Notes under the pieces: generated by a model
What the model was told of the DNA's origin: nothing
Seen by the model: the letters and a program-made list of their open reading frames with translations, nothing else
Databases searched by the model: none
Part shown: positions 48,342-58,780 of the stretch, piece after piece
How positions within the stretch are numbered: position 1 is the stretch's first letter
How the letters are laid out: the number at the start of each line of letters is the position of its first letter
Assembly (NCBI GenBank): GCA_044356725.1
Contig: JBIKVS010000004.1
Location: 28,494 to 92,493, forward strand
DNA: 64,000 nucleotides
Origin: Minisyncoccia bacterium
GTDB taxonomy: Bacteria > Patescibacteriota > Minisyncoccia > SW-4-49-11
Reading direction: 5' to 3'
Program-made: the position numbers and the translations under genes

Positions 48342-49715
48342 ATGAAATACTTTATTATTACAGGAGCTACCGGAGATTTAGCTACAACTAAGTTATACCC
48401 AGCTTTGGCTGAGACTTTTGCTTATAATAAATATTTACCAGATACTCAGTTTTTGGGAGCGGGTAGAAAAGATTTATCACAAGAAGAATATCAGCAATTA
48501 GTTCACAGTAGCCTGTCTCAATTTGAAGGCAAAAAAGATTTTATTCAAGATTTACAATATGTTCAAATAGACTTTGATAATATTGAGACTATAAAAAATT
48601 TTTTTGTAAAATATAATATTAAAGCAGGAGATGAGGTTATCTTATATATGGCTATACCCCCACAGGCCTTTGACTCTGTTATAGATACTTTAGCAGAAGT
48701 AAAAAACTCTCATTCAAATATAAAATATAAATTAGTTTTTGAAAAACCATTTGGTTCAGACTTGCAATCAGCTCAACATTTGAATCAAAAAGTATCTCAA
48801 TATTTTAGAGAAGAAGAAATTTATAGAGTAGATCATTATTTAGGTAAAGAGACAATTCAAAATATCTTAGCCCTTAGATTTGGCAATAGTATGTTTGAAC
48901 CACTGTTGAATAATCACTATGTAGAATCGATTAAGATAGATGTTTGGGAAGAGCGAGGTATAGATAAAAGAGCTGATTACTTCGATAAAACAGGTATTAT
49001 AAAAGATATTTTGCAAAATCATATATTGCAAACTCTAGCACTTATTACAATGGAAGCCCCAGTTGCTATGGAGGCTGAGTATATTCGTGATGAAAAGCAT
49101 AAATTGATTAAATCACTAAGACCAATTCAAAACCAAGATGTTATTTTAGGACAATATATATCATCAGATGGAAAGTTAGGATATTTACAAGAAGATGGAG
49201 TAGAGGCTCATTCTAAAACTGAAACTTATGTTCAACTCACATCCTATATAGATAATCTTAGATGGGAGGGTGTTCCAATTTATATTTCCACAGGTAAAAG
49301 ACTGTCTGAGACTAAAGCCGAGATAAGAATTTCTTTTAAACCAAGATTTCAATATTTTAGCCATACTGATGAAGGATGTAACCCACAAAAGAATGAATTA
49401 GTAGTTAGTATACAGCCTCATGAAGAGGTATATTATACTGTTAATGCTAAGTTTCCAGGCAAGGGAATGTGTATTCAGCCAGTCAAATTACACTTCACTT
49501 ATGAAGAGTCTTTTGGGCAAAGAAGTCAAGGAGCATATACTAGACTCATACAAGATATTCTAGATTCAGACCAATCTTTGTTTATTCGTTCAGATGAGAT
49601 AGAGGCGGCTTGGAGTTATGTAGATATATTAATTCAAGATAATAATATTCAAAATAGAAAACTTATTCCATATCCAGTAGGAATAGAAGCTACTAAAATT
49701 GTGGAAAAACTGTAG
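48342..49715 (+). CDS. zwf: Glucose-6-phosphate 1-dehydrogenase.
   Basis: RVDHYLGKETIQNILALRFGN and ILQNHILQTLALITMEAP. Confidence 0.9.
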   Translation: MKYFIITGATGDLATTKLYPALAETFAYNKYLPDTQFLGAGRKDLSQEEYQQLVHSSLSQFEGKKDFIQDLQYVQIDFDNIETIKNFFVKYNIKAGDEVILYMAIPPQAFDSVIDTLAEVKNSHSNIKYKLVFEKPFGSDLQSAQHLNQKVSQYFREEEIYRVDHYLGKETIQNILALRFGNSMFEPLLNNHYVESIKIDVWEERGIDKRADYFDKTGIIKDILQNHILQTLALITMEAPVAMEAEYIRDEKHKLIKSLRPIQNQDVILGQYISSDGKLGYLQEDGVEAHSKTETYVQLTSYIDNLRWEGVPIYISTGKRLSETKAEIRISFKPRFQYFSHTDEGCNPQKNELVVSIQPHEEVYYTVNAKFPGKGMCIQPVKLHFTYEESFGQRSQGAYTRLIQDILDSDQSLFIRSDEIEAAWSYVDILIQDNNIQNRKLIPYPVGIEATKIVEKL

Positions 49716-49917
49716 TGAAAAAGTTTGATTAATTGTGATATAATAAATAAGGAATATTAATTAATAATATATATGGCAACAAAAAAGAAGCAAAAGCAAA
49801 ATACAGACAGGTACTATAGATTTTTATTAAATCTTATAGCTATTATATTTATATCTACATTTGCATACACTACATCTATGATTGTGGTCAACTATCAAAT
49901 GGGATACTAATATTATT

Positions 49918-50424
49918 TTAAGTTTTAAGTAAATATCCAAGACTAGATTGACAACATAAGGCAACAGCAAGACCATCAGCTGCGTCGTCTGGTTTTGGAA
50001 TAGATTTGAGCCCAAGAATGGTGGCGACCATTTGTTGTATTTGGGACTTCGGTGCTTTACCATAGCCTGTTATGGCTTGTTTGATTTGTAGCGGTGTAAA
50101 TTCAAAAAGTTGTAAATTATGAAGCTCGGCATTCAGTAATACTACTCCACGAGCTTGAGCTACAGTAATAATCGTTGTGGTATTACGAAAGAAAAATAAT
50201 TTCTCAACGGCTAAAATATTGGGCTTATGAGTTTTGATAAGTTGTTTGAGACTCTCATCTATAATAGATAGCCTCTTAGAGTCAGTCAGGGTTGCATCAG
50301 TAGTTATAACCCCATAATCTACTACATTAGAGACTTTAGAAATAGTAGTATCAATAATACCAAAACCTGTGGTCGCTGTCCCAGGATCAATTCCTAATAT
50401 GCGATATGGTGCAGATTTAGACAT
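49918..50424 (-). CDS. ruvC: Holliday junction resolvase RuvC.
   Basis: YRILGIDPGTATTGFGI; 168 aa. Confidence 0.9.
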   Translation of the reverse strand: MSKSAPYRILGIDPGTATTGFGIIDTTISKVSNVVDYGVITTDATLTDSKRLSIIDESLKQLIKTHKPNILAVEKLFFFRNTTTIITVAQARGVVLLNAELHNLQLFEFTPLQIKQAITGYGKAPKSQIQQMVATILGLKSIPKPDDAADGLAVALCCQSSLGYLLKT

Positions 50425-50427
50425 ACT

Positions 50428-50961
50428 CTAAACTGAAGCAGTAGTCCAAATTTCCTCTACATCATCTAATTCTTCTAGAATTTCAATCAAATTTTCTAGT
50501 TTTTCTTTAGTTTCATCAGATATTTCAGTTGGAATATTCACTTTATACTCTTGCTCTCTGGTAATTTCTTCAAACATCCAAATCACAGAACCATTAGCTC
50601 CAAGAGTACCACCATTTTTAGATAAAAGATGCCGTAAATCAGCTACGGTACGATTCGGGTTGTCGGTATAAGTCTTGATTAATAAACCAACTCCCTCTGG
50701 ACCAAACCCCTCATACATAATCACTTGGCCACTAGTATTGGAAGCTTTCTCTAAAATTCGATTAATATTATCTTTAGGCATATTAACTTCTTTAGCCTTT
50801 TCGAGAGCTAATCTTAACTCTGGATTCATAGCAGGGTCAGTAGAACCTTTTCGAGCTGCAATTTGAATCATTTTGACTACTTTGGAAAAATTTTGAGCCT
50901 TAAGTTTATCTGTAGCTGCTTTTTTATGCTTAATTTTAGAGAATTTATTATGCCCAGCCAT
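50428..50961 (-). CDS. yebC: YebC/PmpR-family regulator; unusually short at 177 aa.
   Basis: MAGHNKFSKIKHKKAATDKLKAQNFSKVVKMIQIAARKGSTDPAMNPELRLALEKAKEVNMPKDNI. It sits directly upstream of ruvC, as is conserved. Confidence 0.8.
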   Translation of the reverse strand: MAGHNKFSKIKHKKAATDKLKAQNFSKVVKMIQIAARKGSTDPAMNPELRLALEKAKEVNMPKDNINRILEKASNTSGQVIMYEGFGPEGVGLLIKTYTDNPNRTVADLRHLLSKNGGTLGANGSVIWMFEEITREQEYKVNIPTEISDETKEKLENLIEILEELDDVEEIWTTASV

Positions 50962-51033
50962 AGAGTTATTTATTATCTTATTGTTTATAATTATAGCATA
51001 AAATTAGCTAAATTTCAAGAATAGGGGTTGATG

Positions 51034-51095
51034 TAATTATGAATGGTAAGTTGTAAATTATGAATTTAGTAGGGGCGACCTTTCAGTCGCCTGTA
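51034..51095. repeat. Composite intergenic repeat: family B ('attatgaatggtaagttgtaaattatgaat') followed by family A ('gtaggggcgacctttcagtcgcctg', a GGCGAC/GTCGCC hairpin).
   Basis: The same B+A pairing occurs at 270-326. A copies also occur at 15586-15610 (reverse complement), 20967-20993 and 52023-52047 (reverse complement). B copies also occur at 21085-21130 (reverse complement), 31553-31582 and 55858-55895. Confidence 0.8.
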
Positions 51096-51171
51096 TTCTA
51101 TATACCTCATAAAACTAGACAAAAATGTAAAAATATGGTATAAGATTAAAGTAAATTATGGAGCGATCTCC

Positions 51172-51558
51172 ATGTCCCGTTTCAATCGCTTTGTTCTGTT
51201 TTTTCTTTCCACAACACTCCTCCTAGGAGTGTCAGGGTGTAATGGAATGCCAAAAAGTGAAAGAAAAATTTTTAATGAAATGAGATATACAGTACATTTA
51301 TACTCCGTTGATAATACAGATGCTAAAGAGATGGTCATGCATAAAGATGTAAAGCAAGAGGATTTAAGGGATATGTGTAAATCCACATCAAAATTTACCA
51401 GGTTATGTCATATTGTATCTATGCTTCCAGCTGGGCAGCCAAATTTTAATGGTAACTATATAAGAGTTATTCCTGAGGATATTGTAGTGCCAGGATATTC
51501 ATCCCTCCTCATAGATGGGAGTGATACTGTCTTATTGCTTCAAAAACCTACCCAGTAG
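51172..51558 (+). CDS. Hypothetical lipoprotein.
   Basis: Signal peptide with lipobox LLLGVSGC. The terminator hairpin cccggcattgaccggg plus T7 follows at 51579-51603. Confidence 0.5.
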   Translation: MSRFNRFVLFFLSTTLLLGVSGCNGMPKSERKIFNEMRYTVHLYSVDNTDAKEMVMHKDVKQEDLRDMCKSTSKFTRLCHIVSMLPAGQPNFNGNYIRVIPEDIVVPGYSSLLIDGSDTVLLLQKPTQ

Positions 51559-51578
51559 GTCACATTCTATACTCTAAA

Positions 51579-51603
51579 GCCCGGCATTGACCGGGTTTTT
51601 TAT
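51579..51603 (+). terminator. Rho-independent terminator.
   Basis: 'cccggcattgaccggg' followed by 'ttttttt'. Confidence 0.7.
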
Positions 51604-52155
51604 TTTGACCCCGTAGTGATGACTTTATATTTACTTGTGCTTTATAAACCTCTAAAGAATAGAATAAAATTAGAAAAAGTTGAATAAATTGAAAGGAGTC
51701 ACTCTTGAGAGACTCCAATGTAATGTTATTGCTCATTTTAATCTTCTAATTTAGCTATAATACAATAACACAATACTACTGCTATTAAATATATAATTAT
51801 ATAAAGCAAATTAGCAAAAAATTTTTCCCAATACCCAACAATCAGATGAACAAATATAGAAAAATAATTCCAGAAAAGACACAATACAAATATATAAGAA
51901 ACAACAGTGAGAATATATTTGCACAATTCTAGTAACTCAAATTTAAGATTAGGCACGGAAAGTCTCCGTATAGTACAATAGACTTATATCATATTTTAAT
52001 ACTTTTGTCTATATTTAAATTCCAGGCGACTGAGAGGTCGCCCCTACGAAAGTCTAAGTGTAAGGTTTGAAGTTCCTTATAATGGCTTGTATAAAAGCGA
52101 TATATAAGATGAATATCTCGATTTACTGGGTATTGAGTTTATATAGTTATTAACA

Positions 52156-52569
52156 TTGAAAAACTTTGGGGAATATGATATTTTTTATATACATCTCTGG
52201 AGAGTTCCGATGGACAAGGCTGTCCCTGTAGGACTGGGTACATTTTTACAAATAATAAAATGGCTACTTATTTGGTTTGTGCTTATAACAGTTTTAACAG
52301 TAGCTAGTATTGCGATAGAAGATAATTCAGAGTATGAGATCAGGAGAGTTGAAATATATGAACTTGTCATAAATGATAATATAATAGAACATCAAATACC
52401 TTTTCGAAGTAATTTAGACGCTCAAAATACTTGTCCCAATAAATATTATTTAGTCAATTCGAATTCGCTATACATTGATCAAATAGTAGAGGAGCAAATG
52501 AGGATACCTTCATATTGTTTTATTTATTATCCTCACTATGATGGGGTATTGCTTATACCAAGACAATAA
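52156..52569 (+). CDS. Hypothetical membrane protein.
   Basis: 137-aa ORF with one TM helix. The terminator agagcttcgcttagaagctct plus T6 follows at 52575-52601. Confidence 0.4.
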   Translation: MKNFGEYDIFYIHLWRVPMDKAVPVGLGTFLQIIKWLLIWFVLITVLTVASIAIEDNSEYEIRRVEIYELVINDNIIEHQIPFRSNLDAQNTCPNKYYLVNSNSLYIDQIVEEQMRIPSYCFIYYPHYDGVLLIPRQ

Positions 52570-52649
52570 ATACAAGAGCTTCGCTTAGAAGCTCTTTTTT
52601 CTTTATAGAAATTTCCTACATTAATCTAACCTATGCTATAATAAACTAT

Positions 52650-55232
52650 ATGAGTAAAAAAATTGTTATTCTAGATAGTAATGCGGTGATTCATAGGGCT
52701 TATCATGCCTTACCTCCTTTTAGTACTGCTGATGGGGTGATGGTGAATGCGGTGTATGGATATGCAAAACTGCTATTAAAAGTCATTAAAGACATTAAGC
52801 CAGACATTGTCTTGGCGGCCTTTGATGTTGCTGGAGATACCTTCCGGCATAATCAATTTGAGGACTATAAGGCTAATAGAGTGGCTGCAGATCAGGATTT
52901 ATATGACCAAATCCCATTAGTAAAAGAATTATTGCAGGCTATAGATATCCCAGTTTTAGAGCTGTCTGGCTATGAAGCTGATGATATTATAGGTACTGTT
53001 GCTGAGCAAACTCATAAAACTAGCAATGAATTAGTGATTGTGACTGGAGATATGGATACTATGCAATTAGTAAGACCAAGAATTTCGGTTTATACTTTGA
53101 GAAAAAGTATCAATGATACGGTGATTTTTGATACAGAGGCGGTTATTGCTAAATATCAGATTCATCCAAATCAAGTACGAGATTTTAAGGGTCTGAAAGG
53201 AGACCCTTCGGATAATATACCTGGAGTGCCTGGAATTGGAGATATGCGGGCAGTGAATTTATTAAAAAGATTTGAGACTTTAGAGAATGTTTATGCTTTT
53301 GTCGATAAGTATGAGAAATTTGAGGATATAGATAAAGACAATAGAGAGGCATTTACTAAATCTATATTTGAGAACTTGAAGAATAATAAAGAACAGGCTT
53401 TTTTTAGTCGGGAATTGGCTACTATCATCATAGATGCTCCAATTGGGGAAGTAGTGAATGATTCTATTGAATATTCTTTTCCAGTAGAGAAGGCTAAGGA
53501 AATTTTCAAACATTTTGAATTTTATTCTCTAGTAAAAGAGCTAAATACTCAATTAGAAAAGTTAAATAATCATAAAGCCCAGGCTAACTTTTTTTCTAGC
53601 TCCAATCAATCTAATTTGGAAGCTATGTCTCAAGGACAGCCTAGTAAATATCTGGATCTGAATAAATTGACTAATTTACCTTTGGCAATTTTTACAACTC
53701 AAAATGAGTATTTGGTGATAGATTCCAAATCTCAAAAAGCTAAGATTACAAAATCTGAGTTAAAAGATTTACTGCAAACAGAGCAAATTTTAATCTGTGC
53801 AGATATTAAATCTATAATTCGTCAACTTTACCCTTTTGAAATTAAAGCTAAACTACAAGATGTAGTACTTATGGCTTATTTGATTAATCCTGGAGAAAGA
53901 CAGTTGTCCTTGGAGTCTGTTTGTAATGCTTATGGGGTACAATATAACTCTACTCAACCAGAATTATGTCTACATCAGATATATCAGGTGATTGTAGATA
54001 AGATGAAAACACTACATATTGAGGAGGTTTACAATACGATTGAGAGACCATTGTTGCCTGTATTAGCTAAAATGGAGGCTAAGGGGGTATTGTTCAATAC
54101 TTCTAAGCTACAATCCACCAAAAACTTTGTAGAGGATAAAATTGCTAACTTGACTAGAGATATTTATGCACTGTCTGGAGAGGAATTTAATCTAAATTCA
54201 CCTAAACAACTAGCTGATATCTTATTCAATAAATTGCAACTATCAGTAAAAGGGGTTAAAAAAACCAATGGAGGAAAGGTTTCTACCTCAGCTCAAGCAC
54301 TAGAAGCTATGCGAGGTAAATTTGAAATTGTGGATCTTATTTTACAATATCGAGAAGTGGCTAAATTAAAGTCAACCTACATAGATAGCTTACCAACACT
54401 TATGGATGATAGGGGTAGAATACACACTACTTATCAGCAAAATATTGCAGCTACAGGACGACTGTCCTCAGTTGATCCTAACTTACAAAATATCCCAGCT
54501 AGAAGTGAGCTTGGACGGCAAATTAAAAATTGTTTTGTAGCTCCTGAGGATTGGACATTATTGATCTGTGATTATTCTCAAATTGAGTTGAGATTAGCCG
54601 CTCATCTGTCTCAAGATCAGGCAATGTTGGATATTTTTAGACAAGGTGTAGATTTTCATTCTGCCACTGCTCAGCGAGTATATGGAGTAAAACCAGAAGA
54701 AGTCACGAAGGAAATGAGAAGTTTTGCTAAGACTATTAATTTTGGAATTTTATATGGTATGGGAGCTACTAGTCTAGCTCAAAATTTGAAAATAAAAAGA
54801 ACCGAAGCTCAAGAATTTTTGGATAAATATCGCCAAGCCTATCCAGAGTTGCATCAATATATGGAATCGCTAAAACAATTCTCACGCAAACACGGCTATG
54901 CTCAAACCGAATACGGACGAATTAGAGACTTATCTAATATAGATATAAGAAACCCTAGAAACCAGGCTCTTTTGGATAGAATTGCTGTCAATATGCCAAT
55001 ACAAGGCTTACAGGCAGATATAATAAAATTGGCAATGATTCAGATTGATGAATATTTAGCTGACAGAGACGATATTCATATGATTTTACAAGTCCATGAT
55101 GAATTGGTTTTTGAAGTCAAAACTGACAAAGCAGAAATTTACAAAGATAAAATTCTCAAGATTATGGAATCAGTATACAAAGCTACTATCCCAATCAAAG
55201 TAGAGGCAGTAATTAAAGATTTTTGGGGTTAA
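52650..55232 (+). CDS. polA: DNA polymerase I.
   Basis: 5'-3' exonuclease N-terminal domain, then polymerase motifs DYSQIELR, the O-helix RRxAKxxNFGxxYG (here RSFAKTINFGILYG) and QVHDEL; 860 aa. Confidence 0.95.
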   Translation: MSKKIVILDSNAVIHRAYHALPPFSTADGVMVNAVYGYAKLLLKVIKDIKPDIVLAAFDVAGDTFRHNQFEDYKANRVAADQDLYDQIPLVKELLQAIDIPVLELSGYEADDIIGTVAEQTHKTSNELVIVTGDMDTMQLVRPRISVYTLRKSINDTVIFDTEAVIAKYQIHPNQVRDFKGLKGDPSDNIPGVPGIGDMRAVNLLKRFETLENVYAFVDKYEKFEDIDKDNREAFTKSIFENLKNNKEQAFFSRELATIIIDAPIGEVVNDSIEYSFPVEKAKEIFKHFEFYSLVKELNTQLEKLNNHKAQANFFSSSNQSNLEAMSQGQPSKYLDLNKLTNLPLAIFTTQNEYLVIDSKSQKAKITKSELKDLLQTEQILICADIKSIIRQLYPFEIKAKLQDVVLMAYLINPGERQLSLESVCNAYGVQYNSTQPELCLHQIYQVIVDKMKTLHIEEVYNTIERPLLPVLAKMEAKGVLFNTSKLQSTKNFVEDKIANLTRDIYALSGEEFNLNSPKQLADILFNKLQLSVKGVKKTNGGKVSTSAQALEAMRGKFEIVDLILQYREVAKLKSTYIDSLPTLMDDRGRIHTTYQQNIAATGRLSSVDPNLQNIPARSELGRQIKNCFVAPEDWTLLICDYSQIELRLAAHLSQDQAMLDIFRQGVDFHSATAQRVYGVKPEEVTKEMRSFAKTINFGILYGMGATSLAQNLKIKRTEAQEFLDKYRQAYPELHQYMESLKQFSRKHGYAQTEYGRIRDLSNIDIRNPRNQALLDRIAVNMPIQGLQADIIKLAMIQIDEYLADRDDIHMILQVHDELVFEVKTDKAEIYKDKILKIMESVYKATIPIKVEAVIKDFWG

Positions 55233-55795
55233 TTAGTAACTTTTTCCTCATAAATACCAGTCTCGGTATTGATACGGATTTTATCTCCTTGATTGATAAA
55301 CATAGGAACTTTGACCTCAACTCCAGTTTCAACTTTGACCATTTTCATAGCAGCATCCACGGTATTACCTTTAATAGCAGGAACTGCTTCAGTCACTTCA
55401 AGTACTACTTTAGGAGGTAGATTAATAGTAATCGGGTCTCCATTATAGGTCACAATTTTGACCTTAGCTCCTTCTTGTAAATATCCAACTGTATTCTCAC
55501 CTAAAGTGTCTAAATCAAAATCATATTGCTCGAAAGTCTTCTCATCCATAAAATGATATTGCTCACCATCAGTATACAAATATTCAGCATAGGTCTCAGC
55601 AATATCCGCCTCAGGGAATATATCTGATTGCTTGAAATTCCGCTCTTGAGTATTATTAGTAATAAGATTTCGCATTTTAACAGTTAAGACTGACCCCGCC
55701 CGTCCTTTTTTGGATAATTGACTGAATAAAACTAAATAGGGATTATCATCCACTACAATAATTTTACCTTTTTTAATATCAGAAATTGAAAGCAT
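55229..55795 (-). CDS. efp: Elongation factor P.
   Basis: MLSISDIKKGKIIVVDDNPYLVL…; 188 aa. Confidence 0.9.
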   Translation of the reverse strand: MLSISDIKKGKIIVVDDNPYLVLFSQLSKKGRAGSVLTVKMRNLITNNTQERNFKQSDIFPEADIAETYAEYLYTDGEQYHFMDEKTFEQYDFDLDTLGENTVGYLQEGAKVKIVTYNGDPITINLPPKVVLEVTEAVPAIKGNTVDAAMKMVKVETGVEVKVPMFINQGDKIRINTETGIYEEKVTN

Positions 55796-55948
55796 AATAT
55801 GATTATTTAAATAACCTTAATATTATATTGGATTTTAGCCTAAAATGCAATTAAAGGGAGTTATAAGTTATGAATGGAGAGTTATGGATTATATTAAAAT
55901 AAGTAATCATACTTGAAAGTAAATTTCTTTTCAGATATAATTTTGTAT

Positions 55949-56551
55949 ATGAAAAGAATATGTATATTTGGAGCAAGTATAACTTGGGGAGCTTTTGATA
56001 AAAAAGGTGGTGGTTGGATACACAGATTAAACAGTAATTTTATAAATAAAAAAACTGATATTCAAATTTATAATCTTGGAGTACCAGGCAATAATACAAA
56101 TGATTTATTAAAAAGATTTGATAATGAGTGTTCTGCTAGAAAACCAGATTTAATAATTTTTGGTTTGGGAGGAAATGATGCTAGTTACATAGATACTGAA
56201 AATAATATGGTGGTAAGCATAGATCAATTTAAAAATAATATTTTAAAATTAATACAACAAGGCAAATATTTTACAGATAAAATATTGTTTTTGGGATTAA
56301 CAAAGGTAAATGAATCAAAAACTATGCCTTCATTTCGTAATAAGCGAAAATTTATTTCTAATAAAAATATAGCTAAATATGACTCAATTATAAATACAAC
56401 TTGCAATGAAATGGGAATTTTATTCCTGCCCATGATAGATTTATTAGATATTGATGATTTGAGTAATGATGGAAGGCATCCTAATGATAATGGTTATCAA
56501 AAAATTTCTAATTGTGTCAGAGATTACTTATACAAAAATAATCTAATATAA
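55949..56551 (+). CDS. SGNH/GDSL-family hydrolase.
   Basis: Block I ICIFGASITWG, block III GGND, block V DGRHPNDNGY. The start is taken at MKRICIF (ATG at 55949); the ORF-track start at 55913 is TTG. Confidence 0.8.
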   Translation: MKRICIFGASITWGAFDKKGGGWIHRLNSNFINKKTDIQIYNLGVPGNNTNDLLKRFDNECSARKPDLIIFGLGGNDASYIDTENNMVVSIDQFKNNILKLIQQGKYFTDKILFLGLTKVNESKTMPSFRNKRKFISNKNIAKYDSIINTTCNEMGILFLPMIDLLDIDDLSNDGRHPNDNGYQKISNCVRDYLYKNNLI

Positions 56552-56552
56552 C

Positions 56553-56987
56553 TTATTTTTTCCACTTCTTCATTACAAATTTATAGTATTTGTATATCCA
56601 TATCCCATATAATATTGTAAGAACAATATAAAATAATCTTAAATATATCCAATATTGAGGGTCAAAATTTTCGCGGAACACCAATCCAAAAGGATACCAG
56701 TATTCTCGGTCTAGATAGGTTCTAGCAAGATAGTTTTGAATAGAAGTGATTAGACATCCTCCAAATACACTTTGAGAAATAGATATACTAAAGGTAAAAA
56801 ACAAAATAAATAGTTTACTATATATAATAGCTTTACCATACTTAAATTTAGGAATAATATCTCTTTTAGGGAATAGATTATTCTCGAGCAGTATATACAA
56901 AGCAATAAACCAAAATATAATCCAATAATTAGGATTATGAATTATATCTATCCATTGATTAATAAGTAGAGCTGTTTGGCTACTCAT
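56553..56987 (-). CDS. Hypothetical membrane protein.
   Basis: 144-aa ORF with three or four hydrophobic helices. Confidence 0.4.
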   Translation of the reverse strand: MSSQTALLINQWIDIIHNPNYWIIFWFIALYILLENNLFPKRDIIPKFKYGKAIIYSKLFILFFTFSISISQSVFGGCLITSIQNYLARTYLDREYWYPFGLVFRENFDPQYWIYLRLFYIVLTILYGIWIYKYYKFVMKKWKK

Positions 56988-57074
56988 AACATATTATAAA
57001 CCTACTATAAATACTAGTATTATAGCACTTTTGGCGGATTTTTGTAGGGGAATAATTGTGGGATATTGCCCTTC

Positions 57075-57116
57075 GTCCACCCTCCCCCTTTGGGGACTCC
57101 CTCCAAAGGGAGACAT
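57075..57116. repeat. Family D repeat module (gtccaccctccccctttggggactccctccaaagggagaca).
   Basis: Matches 59156-59197 and, in part, 32385-32404. Confidence 0.8.
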
Positions 57117-57273
57117 TTTAGGACAATGAATTTTTGTCCCCCTTCGGAGGGGGAAGCCCGCGGGGCGGGGGTGGATAACTTAATAACAAAGGTAGGACAG
57201 AAAACAAGAGTAATAGTAGTAATATTCTCAGTATAAAGAGAAAAGACCAGCCTCAAGGTGAGGCGGTCTGTGG

Positions 57274-57510
57274 TTAGTCGAGGAAGCTTTTTCTTGCAGA
57301 TCTAGCATTATTTGCAATTGCTTTTGCCGCAATCACTATGATGCTCTCTGTCGAGCTTCCTCCAACTACTTTAGGCTCTTGATTGTTAGAATTAAATTGT
57401 CCGAGTTTCTCCTCTCTCAGAATTTGATTCCATTTTTCAGGTTTGGTTATTTGACGCCATATTTCTAGATCAACTAGGTCTATTCCTAGTCCTGGCATTT
57501 TCTTCTCCAA
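57274..57510 (-). CDS. Small protein whose N-terminus resembles holo-ACP synthase (AcpS); possibly a truncated gene or gene fragment.
   Basis: MPGLGIDLVDLEIW… resembles the AcpS N-terminus (GIGxDIVEI). Only 78 aa, against about 120 for AcpS. A terminator hairpin with a T-rich tail lies downstream on the minus strand at 57232-57270. Confidence 0.3.
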   Translation of the reverse strand: MEKKMPGLGIDLVDLEIWRQITKPEKWNQILREEKLGQFNSNNQEPKVVGGSSTESIIVIAAKAIANNARSARKSFLD

Positions 57511-57595
57511 AAAACAACTTTAAAATATTATCATAATTCTAAATCTCAATCAATATGTTATAATAAAAACATCTTAGAAATTAATTAATAGAAGG

Positions 57596-58780
57596 ATGAA
57601 ACATTATAATTATATTATTATTGGAGCGGGAATTGCAGGGACTAATGGGGCGATGGCTATTCGTAAGGAGTCTCCAGAATCTAGTATTGTCTTGATTGGG
57701 GAGGAGAATTATCCTGTTTATTCTCGGGTTAATATTAGCAAGATTGTCTCTAATGCCAAGCAACCACAAGAGTTATTATTAAAAACTGAAGAACAATTTC
57801 AACAACAGAGTATTGATAGAATTATTGCAAGAGTGACTAGTCTTAATAAAGATGAAAAAAGTATAACTTTAGATAATGGTGAAGTCTTGGGATATGATAA
57901 GGTTCTGATTGCAACTGGTGGAAGGGCTAGAACTTTGACACAGGCTGGAGCGGGTTCACAGGGAGTTTTTTCCTTTCAAACTTTAGATGATGCAATTGAG
58001 GTGAGAGACTATATCCAAGACAAGGAGAAGATTACTATTGTAGGAGGAGGATTTATTGGGATTGAATTTGTAGAGTTATTATCTAATCTCGGTAAACAAG
58101 TTACTCTAATTCTTCGGGATGACTGGTATTGGCAAGGTATGATTGACCAAATTGGAGGTAATATCTTGAATGAATATTTGTCCAAAAGAGCCAAAATTTA
58201 CTATGAAAGTGAAATTAAGGAAATCCGTGGGAATCAGATGGGGCAGATTGCTGAGATTGAGCTGACTTCTGGTGAGATTATTCCAACTGAGGCTATGTGT
58301 GTAGGTATTGGTTTGGAATTAAATAAAGACTTTTTGCCCACGGAGCTTTGTAATCGTGGACTGAAGGTTAATCAGTATTTACAAAGTGAGGATGAGAATA
58401 TCTTTGGAGCGGGAGATATGGTGGAGTACTATGATATTATCCAAGAGCAATATTCTGGTTCTGGTACTTGGGCTCAGGCTTCTCTACAAGGTATGATAGC
58501 GGGGTATAATATGGTGCATTCTGAGGTGATGAAGGAGTTTAGTCTGATTCCAGCTTACTGCCCCAAGACTAGTTTAGCGATTGCTTTTGTAGGACAATGT
58601 AGAGTTAATCCTGAGACTATGCAGTCAGTAGTCATAGAACAAGGGGAGCGATATGTGCAAGTCAATACTAATTCTAAGGGAGAGATTGTAGGGGGTGTGG
58701 TAATAGGCGAGTCAGCTTATATGGCTACTATTAGGAAATGGATAGTGGATAAGTTAAAGCTAGAAGATATTATTAAATAG
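57596..58780 (+). CDS. FAD-dependent pyridine nucleotide-disulfide oxidoreductase.
   Basis: Rossmann motifs IIIGAGIAGTNGA and ITIVGGGFIGIEF; about 394 aa. Confidence 0.8.
   Translation: MKHYNYIIIGAGIAGTNGAMAIRKESPESSIVLIGEENYPVYSRVNISKIVSNAKQPQELLLKTEEQFQQQSIDRIIARVTSLNKDEKSITLDNGEVLGYDKVLIATGGRARTLTQAGAGSQGVFSFQTLDDAIEVRDYIQDKEKITIVGGGFIGIEFVELLSNLGKQVTLILRDDWYWQGMIDQIGGNILNEYLSKRAKIYYESEIKEIRGNQMGQIAEIELTSGEIIPTEAMCVGIGLELNKDFLPTELCNRGLKVNQYLQSEDENIFGAGDMVEYYDIIQEQYSGSGTWAQASLQGMIAGYNMVHSEVMKEFSLIPAYCPKTSLAIAFVGQCRVNPETMQSVVIEQGERYVQVNTNSKGEIVGGVVIGESAYMATIRKWIVDKLKLEDIIK

Noticed and set aside
49774-49911. A 45-aa plus-strand ORF (MATKKKQKQNTDRYYRFLLNLIAIIFISTFAYTTSMIVVNYQMGY) between zwf and ruvC.
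   Set aside because: It is a plausible small membrane protein with one TM helix, but it is too short to support without conservation data. It is not reported as a feature.
57020-57256. A 78-aa minus-strand ORF.
   Set aside because: Same reason as above: it sits inside family D repeat modules (57075-57116 and flanks).
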